Source: Paragordius varius | Taxonomy: Eukaryota > Animalia > Nematomorpha | Length of the DNA: 64,000 bases | NCBI GenBank assembly: GCA_964247055.1 | Contig: OZ176050.1 | Location: forward strand, 14,260,001-14,324,000 | Reading direction: 5' to 3' | In this document: positions 49,720 through 61,500 of the stretch, piece by piece | How positions within the stretch are numbered: position 1 is the first letter of the stretch | How the letters are laid out: each line of letters opens with the position of its first letter | Position numbers and translations under genes: made by a program | The notes under the pieces: generated by a model | What the model saw: the letters and a program-made list of their open reading frames with translations, nothing else | What the model was told of the DNA's origin: nothing | Databases searched by the model: none

Positions 49720-52518
49720 AAAATCGGCATATATTACAGTAAAAATTAAAATAATACGGACAAAACGTAAAATTATAAAGACAAATATTTTTTCCAAACG
49801 ACAATTATAATTTTTAAATCTTGATTTGTAAAGTATAACTCATTGTTTGAAACGGTAAATTGTGTTATAGAAATGTATATTACTAACACAATCAAATACA
49901 ATAACAATAATAATTAAATAGCTTAGGGAAACATTAGGGTTTTAAAGTTTAATTGTATTTTTTAAAAAAATATTTGTCTTTAAACGTTTTGTCTGTATAA
50001 TTTCAATTTTTAATGTAATTTTTCTTGATATCTTTGTATATTTAAAAATATTTAATTTTTTACATTACGCTTTAACTCTCCTTATAATTTTAAAATTTAC
50101 TCTATAAATACAGTATAGTATACGGACAAAACGTGAAAATATACAGACAAATATTTTCATCTAATTTTTAAAATCGTTTCTCATATAAGCTACTTAGTTA
50201 CAATTGTATAATATAGAATTGATTGTGTTAGTATTATATCTCTCTATTTCACACTAATGCCATTTAAAACAATGTAGATTGAAATAAATCCAGAATTAAA
50301 AAGTATGGTTGGTTGTCTTTTTGAAAAAAATATTTGTCTTTATATTTTTACGTTTTGTCTCTCAGTATAATTTCAATTTTACTCTTTAAATTTAATTAAT
50401 CCCGTTTTTTTGGTAAATTTTTAGAAACTGGTGGTCTTTTCCGATTAGCCTTTAAACTTATGGCTTTGTACAGCAAACGCGAATTCAATCAATCCAAATA
50501 CATAGATTTGTTGAATGACTTGTCAATATATTTTCAAATTAACGATGACTATGCAAATCTAATATCCTCAAAAGTTTTTTTTTCAAAAATCCTTAAACTC
50601 TTAAGCTTTTTTTAAAGCGTATTGTTGATTGAACTTTTTTGACAGTAGCCTTAAACTTTATTTAAACCGTTGTCGGGACATATTGTATTTATTTGTTATA
50701 TTTTGGCAAACAAAATTATTGAATTAATTTTTTTTCTTTTATTTTACCTGATAGCTCGAGAAATTTTTTTAAATCATTACTAGAGAGCAACTATATACAA
50801 TAAAAATTGAAATTATACGGGACAAAATCTCTTTTTATCAAAAGACAATTTTTTTTTCAAAAGATAACCCATACATACTTTTTTAAACCTTAATTTATCC
50901 TCTAAAAATCATTAAATACATAATTGATGGTGTTACCAATTCACATTCCTCCTTTTTATACTTTGGAGTTAAATAAATGAGTTATAAGGTTTAAAAAAAG
51001 ATCAAGATTTAAAAAGTATCGTTGCACCCCTTTTAAATAAAATATTTGTCCGTATACAATTTCAATCATTTTTCACTGTATAAAATGCATTTAAGTAATG
51101 GCTAATTTTATTACACTACCATATACTACTAATAAACTTTAACAGTACCATGAAAATAAATCATTTTGCGAGGATTTGAGTGAAGGAAAATATTCGTATC
51201 CCATTATTCACATGTTGAGACAACAAACATCCTCAAACAGTAATAATGAAAAATCCCACCAAAAAGATTTGATTCAAAATGTCCTTAAACAGCGGACGAC
51301 AGATCAAACTGTTAAAGCTTATTGCTTACAAATACTCAAAGATAATAGCACATTTACCCACACTCTTGCCATCCTTAATGAATACGAGGATAGGTAGGAT
51401 ATTAAAATTTTTTTAAAAGTCGAAACTCATTATAAAACCATTAAAAATGTTAAGTATAAAATAGAAAAGATTTTCATTATTTAATACATTTGACTTATTT
51501 ATATTTACTGTTTTTTTTACATTTCTTTTCCAATGCAACACTCATAAATTATGTTATTTCACAATGTGCCGGTTATTTTTGATGAAAGGCTAACTAAATT
51601 ATTTTGGTTGTAGGATCATTTAACTGGAAATGGTGGGTAAATAATGCTGCTAAACAATCTTTTAAAACTAATATTTATATAATAAACTCTTTAATATTAA
51701 ATTTATTGATGCATAAGTTATAATTAGTATGTCATTAATTTTAAAGCGATTTGCATTGAAACAGCTCAATATGGGCTTTTCTCCAAGGCAGGGGCCGTTT
51801 AACAAAAATAAAAAAAACGGTGGTTTGCGTTTCAAAAATGCATAAGCTTTTATAAATATTTTATTTGATTTAGACAAAGGGTGCTGTATTTCACCAATAT
51901 TTTCTAATTTGTTGCCAAAATTTGTTAAAATATAAATAGAAAAATTGTTGTAATAATAATAATATAATTACCAAGATTTTATGAATCATTTTTGGTTTTA
52001 TAAGGTATGTTTTCAAATTTTTGCCAGCCGCACCGTATGTTATTGGACGGCCTCATTTTGAATACTCTTGATCGTAAGTTTTAATATTGGTTGGTTAGTA
52101 TAGTTGATTATTCCTAAGTCGTTAAAGACTTTTTGAATATAGATTTCACTATTGATTTTCACTTCATTCTATCTTTTACCGCTACATTGAGATCGTTTAA
52201 TGTCATCTTAGTCTCATCTTTTATCATATCACCACCTCATCTACCCTTGTTCTTCTACCTTCCCACGGTTTCTCTTAAGAATTCGATTACTTGACATGAC
52301 CAAAATATGTTAACGTTTCTAATTTTAATTAAAAAATATTTATTACGCCTCTCTTATCTATAGAATGTTGTCCTTTATATGAAAATCAATTTGTGAAATT
52401 TTATATTTCTTTCTATCCATTTTTCACACCTAGAATCAATGCGCAAATTGAAGAGTTGGGTGGCAATGATCAGTTATTAGATATCCTGCAAAGCCTTAAA
52501 CACTTACGATCATCCTAA
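47643..52518 (+). CDS. GGPS1: Geranylgeranyl diphosphate synthase (type III, GGPS1/quemao-like); exons 47643-47669, 47699-47764, 47790-47875, 47898-48061, 48469-48570, 50425-50573, 51146-51393, 52434-52518; 927 nt, 308 aa
   Basis: Spliced translation gives [104 protein letters not shown]. All seven introns are GT-AG with consistent phase. Exon 1 is the least certain. Confidence 0.95.
47670..47698 (+). other. 29-nt GT-AG intron (GGPS1 intron 1)
   Basis: GTAGTACATGTTTTTATATGTCATTTTAG. Removal joins MKSNLIEEK to VLAPY; retention frameshifts to TAG. Confidence 0.7.
47765..47789 (+). other. 25-nt GT-AG intron (GGPS1 intron 2)
   Basis: GTATGAAAATCGTAATATATACTAG. Has an in-frame TGA; removal gives the conserved KLAN-AFNFWL. 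Confidence 0.92.
47876..47897 (+). other. 22-nt GT-AG intron (GGPS1 intron 3)
   Basis: GTAATCTTTAATTAAATTTTAG. Has an in-frame TAA; removal rebuilds the CTC codon within HNASLLIDDIED. Confidence 0.95.
48749..49038. mobile_element. MITE-A copy in GGPS1 intron 5; further intronic copies 49737-50015, 50111-50384 (intron 5) and 50798-51078 (intron 6); intergenic copies ~25880-26105, 27672-27945, 43259-43517
   Basis: TA-CAGT...ACTG-TA with ~60-bp TIRs matching the family consensus. Confidence 0.88.
52150..52330 (-). pseudogene. RTE-like LINE 3' fragment in GGPS1 intron 7
   Basis: Broken YFGHVK..GKVE..G*MRW..DR motif, typical of RTE C-termini. Confidence 0.55.
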
Positions 52519-52803
52519 TAATCATTTTTGTTGCATTTTACATGTTAATACAATTGGCTTATTAACCATTTACCTGCTCTTATTTTGTGTTGTCGAATTT
52601 TGATTATAACTGAAAGTCAAAAACATCAAATTTTATTATATACTCACCTACAGTTTTGTTACAAAATTATTTTGTATAATATATTGTATCATTATTATTA
52701 TTTAAATAAATTAGGTTTGTATACTTATTTAATCTATATATCTCTTTAATTATATTTGGCACTAATTTTTTGGGTTGGTTATCTTATGTAGATAAATGTA
52801 ATA

Positions 52804-53074
52804 TATACCATTTACGATTCAAATTCACCCTTGACCAATTCAAATATACCCTCGAACAATACCCTTAAAATTATGTGTTTTGTAAGATTAAAAATTACTT
52901 GTATTTCTTTATATTTTTATAAAATAAAATTTTGTTTAAAATTATAATACTGAAAAAATTAAAACTATGCCATAAAGATATATTTCATAAAATAATTTTT
53001 TTTAAGGGTTAATTTAAATTGTTCAAGGGCGAATTTGAATTGTTTAAGGGTCAATTTGTCGTGTAAATGGTATA
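52804..53074. mobile_element. MITE with 21-bp-type subterminal repeats (family L); related copy ~37290-37690 interrupted by a family D fragment
   Basis: TIR TACCATTTAC/GTAAATGGTA, inverted ttcaaattcacccttgaacaa-type repeats, and internal atgccataaagatata shared with 37425. Confidence 0.65.
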
Positions 53075-53179
53075 TTACGAAACACGTACAATAATTAATC
53101 GCTGTTAATATTCCTACATTAAAAATAATGCGATATATTTTGTACATTAGATTTCATTATCATTGGTATGGGATGGATT

Positions 53180-53540
53180 CGCCATTAGATGAGGGTACAC
53201 CCGTTTTTCCATTCTTTTCTTGAACTGCTAATTCAAGGTTTAAATTTGAGGTCTTTTGTTATTGTGATGAGAGCCATGTGGTATGGGGTCAACCGAATTT
53301 TGCTGGTAGTTAACCGAGTAATTTTTCATAGTTTTAAGATGGATGGGTATCTTGCCGTCTTTTAACATGTATCCAGCCCATTTTAACCGGAGATTCCTAA
53401 TAACCTTGTTGATGGGGTTGAGATTGAGTATGTGGTACGGGTTTTCTTGATTTGGTATAATCGAATTTAGATGGATTGTGTGACAATAATATTGTTTTCA
53501 GTAATTTGGATTCAGCGTTTATGAGTTATTTGGCGTAAAA
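53180..53540 (-). pseudogene. LINE (RTE-like) 3' fragment
   Basis: Minus-strand INKVIRNLRLKWAGYM matches the RLxWAGHV motif at LINE C-termini. Confidence 0.6.
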
Positions 53541-56134
53541 AGTATTGTTAAATATGCAAATTACGAAGAATGTTTATTTTTGGGCTTTTCAATACGATGA
53601 TGACGATGTTGAAAATATAAATTATTTTACTGATCTCCGCAATTTTTATAGGTTTATTATGTGTTTTCTAAAATTTAAATTTCGTTAAAGATTCTATCAT
53701 AATTTTTATCAAAATTATATGCGCTGATAAATTTAAGACCACAAGTTTTTCCGCGGTGCACAAAAACACAATATACATATTTATTTCAACTAGCGAATGT
53801 TAGTCCCGTTTTATAAAATATGTAATACCATATCTAGGTTTCGTAAAATTTCCTTTGTAAATGTTTAAACTAAACCCATTGGTTAATTTATAATGATTTT
53901 TATATTTTTTAATATTTTATGTTTATCAGACCAATGTTTACCTTTATAAATGTGTAATATCAGAAAAATTAAATCACTTTATCAAGATATAAGCTACCTA
54001 AATCAACCTATTAAGAAACGAATTTCCGATATCTTGGAACGGAAATTGACAATCATGGATAGTGTTATAGAAAGCTGGTAATATAGATTGAGCAACGCCA
54101 AACTAATCTTAAAAATGACTCCGAGGCCTTTGGTAATCCAAAAAGGTTGGATTTATTGAAACTTTTAATACCTGATATTTTTCCGCATAATGTATGTTGA
54201 TTCTCGGTATGGCGCAATACGTTCGAACATACCAAAGATACAAGTTTTTTAGAAGACAATTGTCGACGATGTATACTACACAATTCAAAGAATTCCCAGC
54301 TACATTCTTGTTATATACACAAACAGAAGACATTTATGCTCTCATAAGGTTTTCAAAATTATAACACGCCAACTTCGGAACTACTTCAGGAGCCCAGTCT
54401 CGTGACGCACTACAATGAAATTTAGACAAAGAACATTGGAATATAAACACTCATGGAATGGGAGGATTGGTGGAACTGACCGATGATTTATTTGTTCAGC
54501 TATAAGTAAGAAGACCTGGAAATGCCTGAGTGGTAAATAAATAATAAATTTTTTGAAGAAGAAATGGCCATGTACAATAAAGAAAAATTCAATATATATG
54601 CCGTCTTAAGCAAGAAATAGTGTGGTCAGCAGGAAAATAGGGCCCTTTACATATTTGCGAACCAACCCAATGGACATTCCAACAACTGGTCCAAAATCAA
54701 CCGCTTGATACGACATATTGGCTCAATTGCCACTATTCGTTACAATGTCACCATTCACTACTATTTAGTAGATCGAATAATAGTGATAACAATAAAATAT
54801 TCGTTATTCTAAGATAATGTGACCAGTTATGTTTTTCACAGTATAGTTATTTCAGAAAAAAAACTGCGACTGTACTGCGCTCACTTTTGTACTGCCTTTT
54901 TAAAAAAAATTTTAATATATATTAATTACCTTTTATTTATCCAAAAAAAACATTTTAGAATTTGATATAAGCCTCTGTAAAAATATCCCCATAATTTGTA
55001 AAAAGTGGTTCATTTTGCGGTAAAAAAACTAAGATTGGTATTAATTAAATATTTTATATTCTGCTCGAATTATACATAAAATTGGATTTCGAATCGGTCA
55101 AACAGCTTATGATTCAGCCTTTCGCGCAGTGGCGAAACTATAAATTTCGAATTTTACCGTAAGATTCGGGCTAATCTTTCACTAAAGGCTTCCGCAAAAG
55201 GAGGTGTCTCAGAATTTTAAATTAACAAAATCAATTTATGATATTAAAATTTTGATCAAGTTAAGTTCCTTTTTCGTAATAATCATCAAACGGAAAATTA
55301 TATAGAAAATTGTTATTCCCGTATATTTAAAATTTTTTATATATGTCATATGATTTTAAAATCACCATTTTTTATTAAAAAAATAAGAGTTTTTTACGTT
55401 TTCTACACTCATTAGGTGGGATGTATGATATTTCTTAATCTTTTTTCTAAACTTTAATTTTTATATGTTTTTTTATTTTTTGCATAAAATTTGAAATTTT
55501 TATTGAAGCGTCCTCGCTTTAAGATAAACCCTTTTTGTAAATTCGATGATGTTGAATATCACTATAGGTTCAAAATTTTATTAAAGGTTTGTTTGCTTGC
55601 AAATTTTGGTGAATTTTGTAAAAAACACAATTTTTATTTAAGACATAAATTTAAAAGAGAACACAAAATTCTGAGTCAAAAAAATATATAGCATCATAGA
55701 ATTATAAATGTAAAATGTCATAACATCTTAACCGTTTATATCGTTTCCATCATGCTGAAAATCGTATGAAGTACGCTTCAACAAAATTTTGCTAAAAATT
55801 AAATTTTTGAAAGTATGCATTTTTTAAATATATTTAGTTGATATCAAAATTTGGCATATATAAGAAATAATTGCACAATGCGGAATTTTTGCGTTATCCT
55901 TAGGAGAACAGTCCACTTTAAAAGAGCCAAAAAAGTTGGGATTTCAAAACCGCATCTAACAATATAAAATTTTTAAAAATATTGTTTTGCTTTTTACATG
56001 TTTATGTTATATTTTGGTGATATTTTTCTAAACAAAGCATTTAGTTTGCACCACAAAATGTATTAAAAAATATGCGCACCTTTTGCAATTTTATACGGAG
56101 CATCTACCACAAAAGTGTAAATACCTTTCTTTAA

Positions 56135-56734
56135 CACTTCGATTTAAATTGGGGTATCTAAATACCCCAGACTATATTTAAATTGAAGTTTTAAAAACTA
56201 CTGAAAGAAACGGTCCCATATTAATTTATGCTTCTATATCCTAATCAAAATTATGTAAATAAGCCGAAATATCTATGAAATTTGGTTTGAAAAAAAAGTT
56301 TCATATCAAACTACTTCGACGCCATTTTTATTTTGTAACATTTTTGCAAAATAACGTGTTTATTTGAATTTTAACTTAAATGAAAGCTAATTTTCATTTA
56401 AATCACATATAATGAAAGCTAATTTTTCTTTTAAATCACATATAACATTGATAGAAACAGAAAATGTGGTTTATTTTGTATTATTTTAAAATTTAGCTAA
56501 TGCATACATGTCATTTTGACTAAATTTTCACCGTGAGGTTTTACTTAAAAAATATCGAATATTTTTGAATAAATTTTTTTATATATTTCGGTTTATTATT
56601 GTCATATATGTGCAAATTTTTGCAACGGTAATTCATTCCATATTTTTTGAAGTATTTAATTTTAAACAAGCCTGGGGTATCAAATTACCCCAATTTGAAT
56701 CGAAGGACTGAAATGATTGTGTTGTATCCAAGTG
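56135..56734. mobile_element. Solitary complete MITE-B (600 bp) with TTAA on both sides
   Basis: TTAA(56131-4)-CACTTCGATTTAAATTGGGGTA...TACCCCAATTTGAATCGAAG-24 nt-AAGTG-TTAA(56735-8). Confidence 0.9.
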
Positions 56735-57448
56735 TTAATAACTCGTTAAGGTTAAACCAAAAGCATCATGATAATACTGCTATTTTCCTATCAGAATATA
56801 TATATATATATATATATATAAATCATCATTTTTGTGGAAACTGTGTAATATACCACACCGATAATGAAAAAACAGGCAAAGTATGTTTTAATTTTATACT
56901 GCGCCAAGGTTTAAAATATCTGGTCACATTACTCTAAGATATTAACCGATAGGGACCTCATTTTATATAAAACCATATTTATATCCTTTAACATAAAATT
57001 GCATATAGCATTGATTGAACACTTATTATATATAACGTCACAAAATATATTAGAAATTTATCCGAATCCTCAACGGCTGTCACTGATACATCAATCTTTG
57101 GTACATGAAGGAAAGGATACCCACGTCGCTACTGTCAAGATAAGACGTCCCTTACTACCCTTCCAAAAACTAATGAATGATGGTCAATAAAAGCTTCAAG
57201 TTTGCGGATATGGTTGACTTTTAGGCTTTTAATTGCATAAGTATGAGACGTGTGTAAAGTCAAATGTAAGAAATATGTAAGCGAAATAAAGTTCTATTAG
57301 TTTATTTGATATTTTAGTTAATCAATTTTACAGTATTTGATTACATTCCTTAGAATATCTTTCCTAAATTTTGCCGAAGAGGCAGTAATGAACATTTTTT
57401 GCATGATGTTTATTGTTATATAATTAAACATAACCTCCTTTAAGCATA

Positions 57449-57534
57449 CCTTCGATAGCTCAGTTGGTAGAGCGGTGGACTGTAGATGTAAAGCTGTTAT
57501 CCATAGGTCGCTGGTTCAAATCCGGCTCGAAGGA
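57449..57534 (+). tRNA. tRNA-Tyr: tRNA-Tyr(GUA) with a 13-nt intron (57486-57498)
   Basis: CCTTCGATAGCTCAGTTGGTAGAGCGGTGGACTGTAG-[ATGTAAAGCTGTT]-ATCCATAGGTCGCTGGTTCAAATCCGGCTCGAAGGA. 73-nt mature cloverleaf, anticodon 57482-57484, intron after position 37. Confidence 0.97.
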
Positions 57535-57542
57535 TTTTTTTT
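57535..57542 (+). terminator. RNA polymerase III terminator (T8)
   Basis: Eight Ts directly after the tRNA. Confidence 0.9.
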
Positions 57543-58559
57543 ATTTTTTCAAAATATTGATTTATATATATGAGGAAAAATATTTTTTTAGAAACCCAAA
57601 TATCTTAACATGCATATATACAAAAATAAAATCTATTCATAAATTTTTCTAAAATCGGATACTTAATTAATTTTTTTTATTTTAGCTTTAAACATTGTCA
57701 AAGTCTTGATATCTTTATGCAGTAAGAACAGCTATTATTGGTCATATCTTTACTCAATTAGTCTCTACATGTCTATTAGAATGTGTGAGATTTTTCCTTT
57801 TTATCAATTCCATTTTAAGAAATTAGAAAAAAAAATTCAAGCTCTCTTTACTATTTTGTCCAATCACTTGGTTCTTTTATGAATTCTTCAATCCGACAAT
57901 TTCCAAAACTCCTCTAATAATTTAGAGCTTATGACTAACACGTAATTTTTTCCGATTATTATTTGCATGAATTTATGTTTATTTCAAATTGATGTATTAT
58001 TAAAATTACCAACATGTTCCAAAGTCCAATATTATAGCTCCTGATGTTTAATTAATTATGAGTAATTATTTCATTTAAACAGAAAAAAATGTTATGATTA
58101 TCCGTTAAATATAATGATCTGAGTCGAGCGCTAAAGTTATCTAGCAAAAACTAATTTTGGTTCATAACACTTTTAAATTATATGAATGTAACTTTAAAAA
58201 TAATTTTTTGTAAATTAATTACAAAATTTGTTGTTTACTATTTTATCAACTCTATATTCAGATCAACAAATCTTGCGAGATCTTACAACTGGTGCTCCAA
58301 TAAAAAATTAAATTCATATAATTAGTTACCTTATCTTTAAATAATTTTAATTTCTTGATATCACAATACTTAATTTTATATTTTGTATGTACCCGTTTTA
58401 TTCTGATGGCTTAGAAAATAAAACCAAATTAGGTTCATTTCGTTTAAAAAAGCGGTTTTTAAAATGTTGAATTATAAACCATATAAATTCTTTGTATTAA
58501 AAAGATTAACAAAACATCTTTAATACTTCCAAATTATTAACCGGCATTATCTTTTAATT

Positions 58560-61500
58560 TAAAGAGGACAATAAAAATTGAATTATACGGACAAAACGTA
58601 AAATATATAAGACAAATATTTCTTTCAAAAAACAACCATTAAATCCTTAATTTACCTATGATAAATTATTTAATTATATTTGGAAAATTTATGATTAATC
58701 GTGTTACGAAATAGCTTAATTTTATTACGCTCAAATACAGTATGAATAAGTATATATGGCTAGAAAGTTATTAATATTGCCAAATAGCAAATGCAAAAAA
58801 GAGAATTATAATTGACAAATAATAGTAAATAGTGAAAAAAATAACTATAAGCCAATAATATGGCCCTTTGTTGTATATGTGCTATTTGGTAATAATTAAT
58901 AACTTCTAGCAATGTATACTTTTACTCATACTGTAAGTTAATAAAGATTTTATAAAAGAACAGTCTTATGTAAAAAATGTTTGTCTTTATATTTTTACTT
59001 GTCTTTATTTTTTCACTGTATTTACACATCTGTTGCCATCATGTATGAGATTTTAGTTTTAATTAGTTACAATTTTAAAACATGCAATGTAATATACAAT
59101 TAATTATGTGATTAATAAAATGATATGCTCTCAACAGCAGACATGTTAATTTATAACCCTATTAGCCATTTAAAATATTGGCTAAAAAAAGCTTTAGTTA
59201 GGAAAATTATAATAAAAAATTATAATTGGTTAAATCTATTATGAATCTTTTAGATAATTTTAAATTTATTTTTTAACAATACAGGTTTAAAAATAAATAA
59301 AGGAGATAAAATTATTTTAATTAAAATGTGATGAGTTATGTAATTACGTTTCGACAAAGGTACTGGCATACTTTTTTCAGACATTGAAAAAAAGCCGTCT
59401 TAATTTCTAAATACATTATAGAGGGTGAGATGCCGACTCTTTTAGATGACAAAACAATCGCTGGAAGGTTTTATTATAAAAATAATTATTTATTTTATAT
59501 AATTACAACAAATTTACACCTTCAAAATTTTTGAAGACTACACTAATTATGTTGTCAAAAAAATTAATTCCATTTCTATAAAATTTAATATTTCGACCCT
59601 TTAAAAAAACGTTTTTATGTTAACTTATAGTTATCAGAGTTCATTTTTGGTTATTTAGTATTTTTTATAAAATATTTTTTAAATTGGTTAACATGAGCTC
59701 CAACTATTTTTTGATTTTAACGATTCATTTTATGAGAATTATTCCATGTTTTAAAGCAATTAATTTACAAGAAAAACCAGTGTTAAACAATTCCAAAACA
59801 GGTATGTTTTCTTAAGTAAGACCTTATACTTTAAAGTACGATTGAATTTAGCAATTTAACCAAATTACAATAAAAATTGAAATTATACGGAAAAAAAGTA
59901 AAAAATAAAAGACAAATATTTTCTTTAAAAGACAACCATACTTTAAAATTCTTGATTTTTTATCATATAATATATCGTATTTGTTTGGTAAATGGGAACC
60001 AAATTTTATAATTTGAATTTTTATTTTATAATAATTAAAGTTTAAATAAGCATGGTTGTCTTTTTATAAAAAATATTTGTCCTTTAATTTTTACATCTTT
60101 ATAGAATTGTTACTTTATATTTTTATAGCAAACTTAATTTTACAAAACCACCCAATCTTAAATCTAACGACCCAAATTTTATTGAAGAATATAGAAGAAT
60201 CAAAGATTAATTCCTATGACTTGAATGTCGAAATATTCCCAGATAAAGACAATTATAATTATCATTATGTCGGTAGAAAAAATATGATTGATTTTACTGA
60301 ATCAACCATTAAATGTTTAGCACAAATAACCATTTTAAATTTTACTTTTACAAGTTTAACGCTAAATTTTGGATACTTGATTATATGTTCAATGAATATG
60401 GTAATATATTTAATTATACGCTATAATATACACTTAAAATTGAATTAAACAGACAAAACGTTAAAATATATGGACAAATATATATTTTTAAAAAACAGAA
60501 TCATACTTTTATAACTTTAATTTTTCCTATATAAGCTATAGAGTTATAACTGTAAAATATAGAATTGATTGTGTTAGTAATATCCATATATATATAAATA
60601 TATACACTTCACACTTTGCCATTTAAAACAATGAGTTATATTTGAAAATCAAAATTTAAAAAGTATGGTTGTATTTTAGAAAAAAACATTTGTCTCCGTA
60701 TAATTTCAATTTTTACAGTAAAAATTGAAATTATACGGAGACAAACGTTAACATACGGACAATTATTATTTTTTTCAAAAGGCGTCCATGTTTTTTCAAA
60801 CATTCATATTTCCTGTATAAATTATTTGATAATTGTTAATTCTATGAGTGAGTGTGTTTCCAATTTACAGTATGCATTTTAATGGTTGCTTATTTCACAC
60901 TATAGTAGGGTCATTTGCAAGACAGGAATGTATGGAAAAAAGGAAGGAACTAATTGTTTATCAACATTTTGTTGTTTTTTCAACACATTACTGTGTTGCA
61001 AATCGCCCAATTATAGTGTGAATTAAGCAACCATTAAAAGGCATACTGTACATTCTGTATTTCATACTTTGCAATTTAAAACAATGCGTTATATTTAAAA
61101 AAATAAGAGTTTAAGTACAACGCCCTTTCAAAAAAAATATTTATCTTTATTTTTACGTTTTATAAGTATAATTTTAAATTTTACTGTGATATATTTTTTA
61201 TTAGACTATGAGTAATTATATGTTTTTAGAAATTTAATAATTATTGCCAAATAGTATATGCAGCAAAGAGAATTATTATTGGCTAATAATAGTAAAAAGT
61301 GAAAAAAATTAATATCAGCCAATAATACCGCCCTTTGTTGTATTTGCTATTTGGCAATAATTAATAATTTTCTAGCAATGTATACTTACTCATACTGTAT
61401 TCCAAAAATTAACCTATAATGAATATAGACTGGAATCTTGTTTTTCAATGCAAAATTATATTACGTTTTTGAATTTAATCACATCCGAACTCCCAAAATC

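Noticed and set aside
59340-59385. Minus-strand CTGAAAAAAG...GTCGAAACGT resembling a PLE hammerhead
   Set aside because: No GA in the core, no convincing stem II, and no associated PLE sequence.
60056-60448. 130-aa ORF
   Set aside because: It starts and ends in MITE-A arms. The middle might be an exon, but no motif or clear splice pair supports it.
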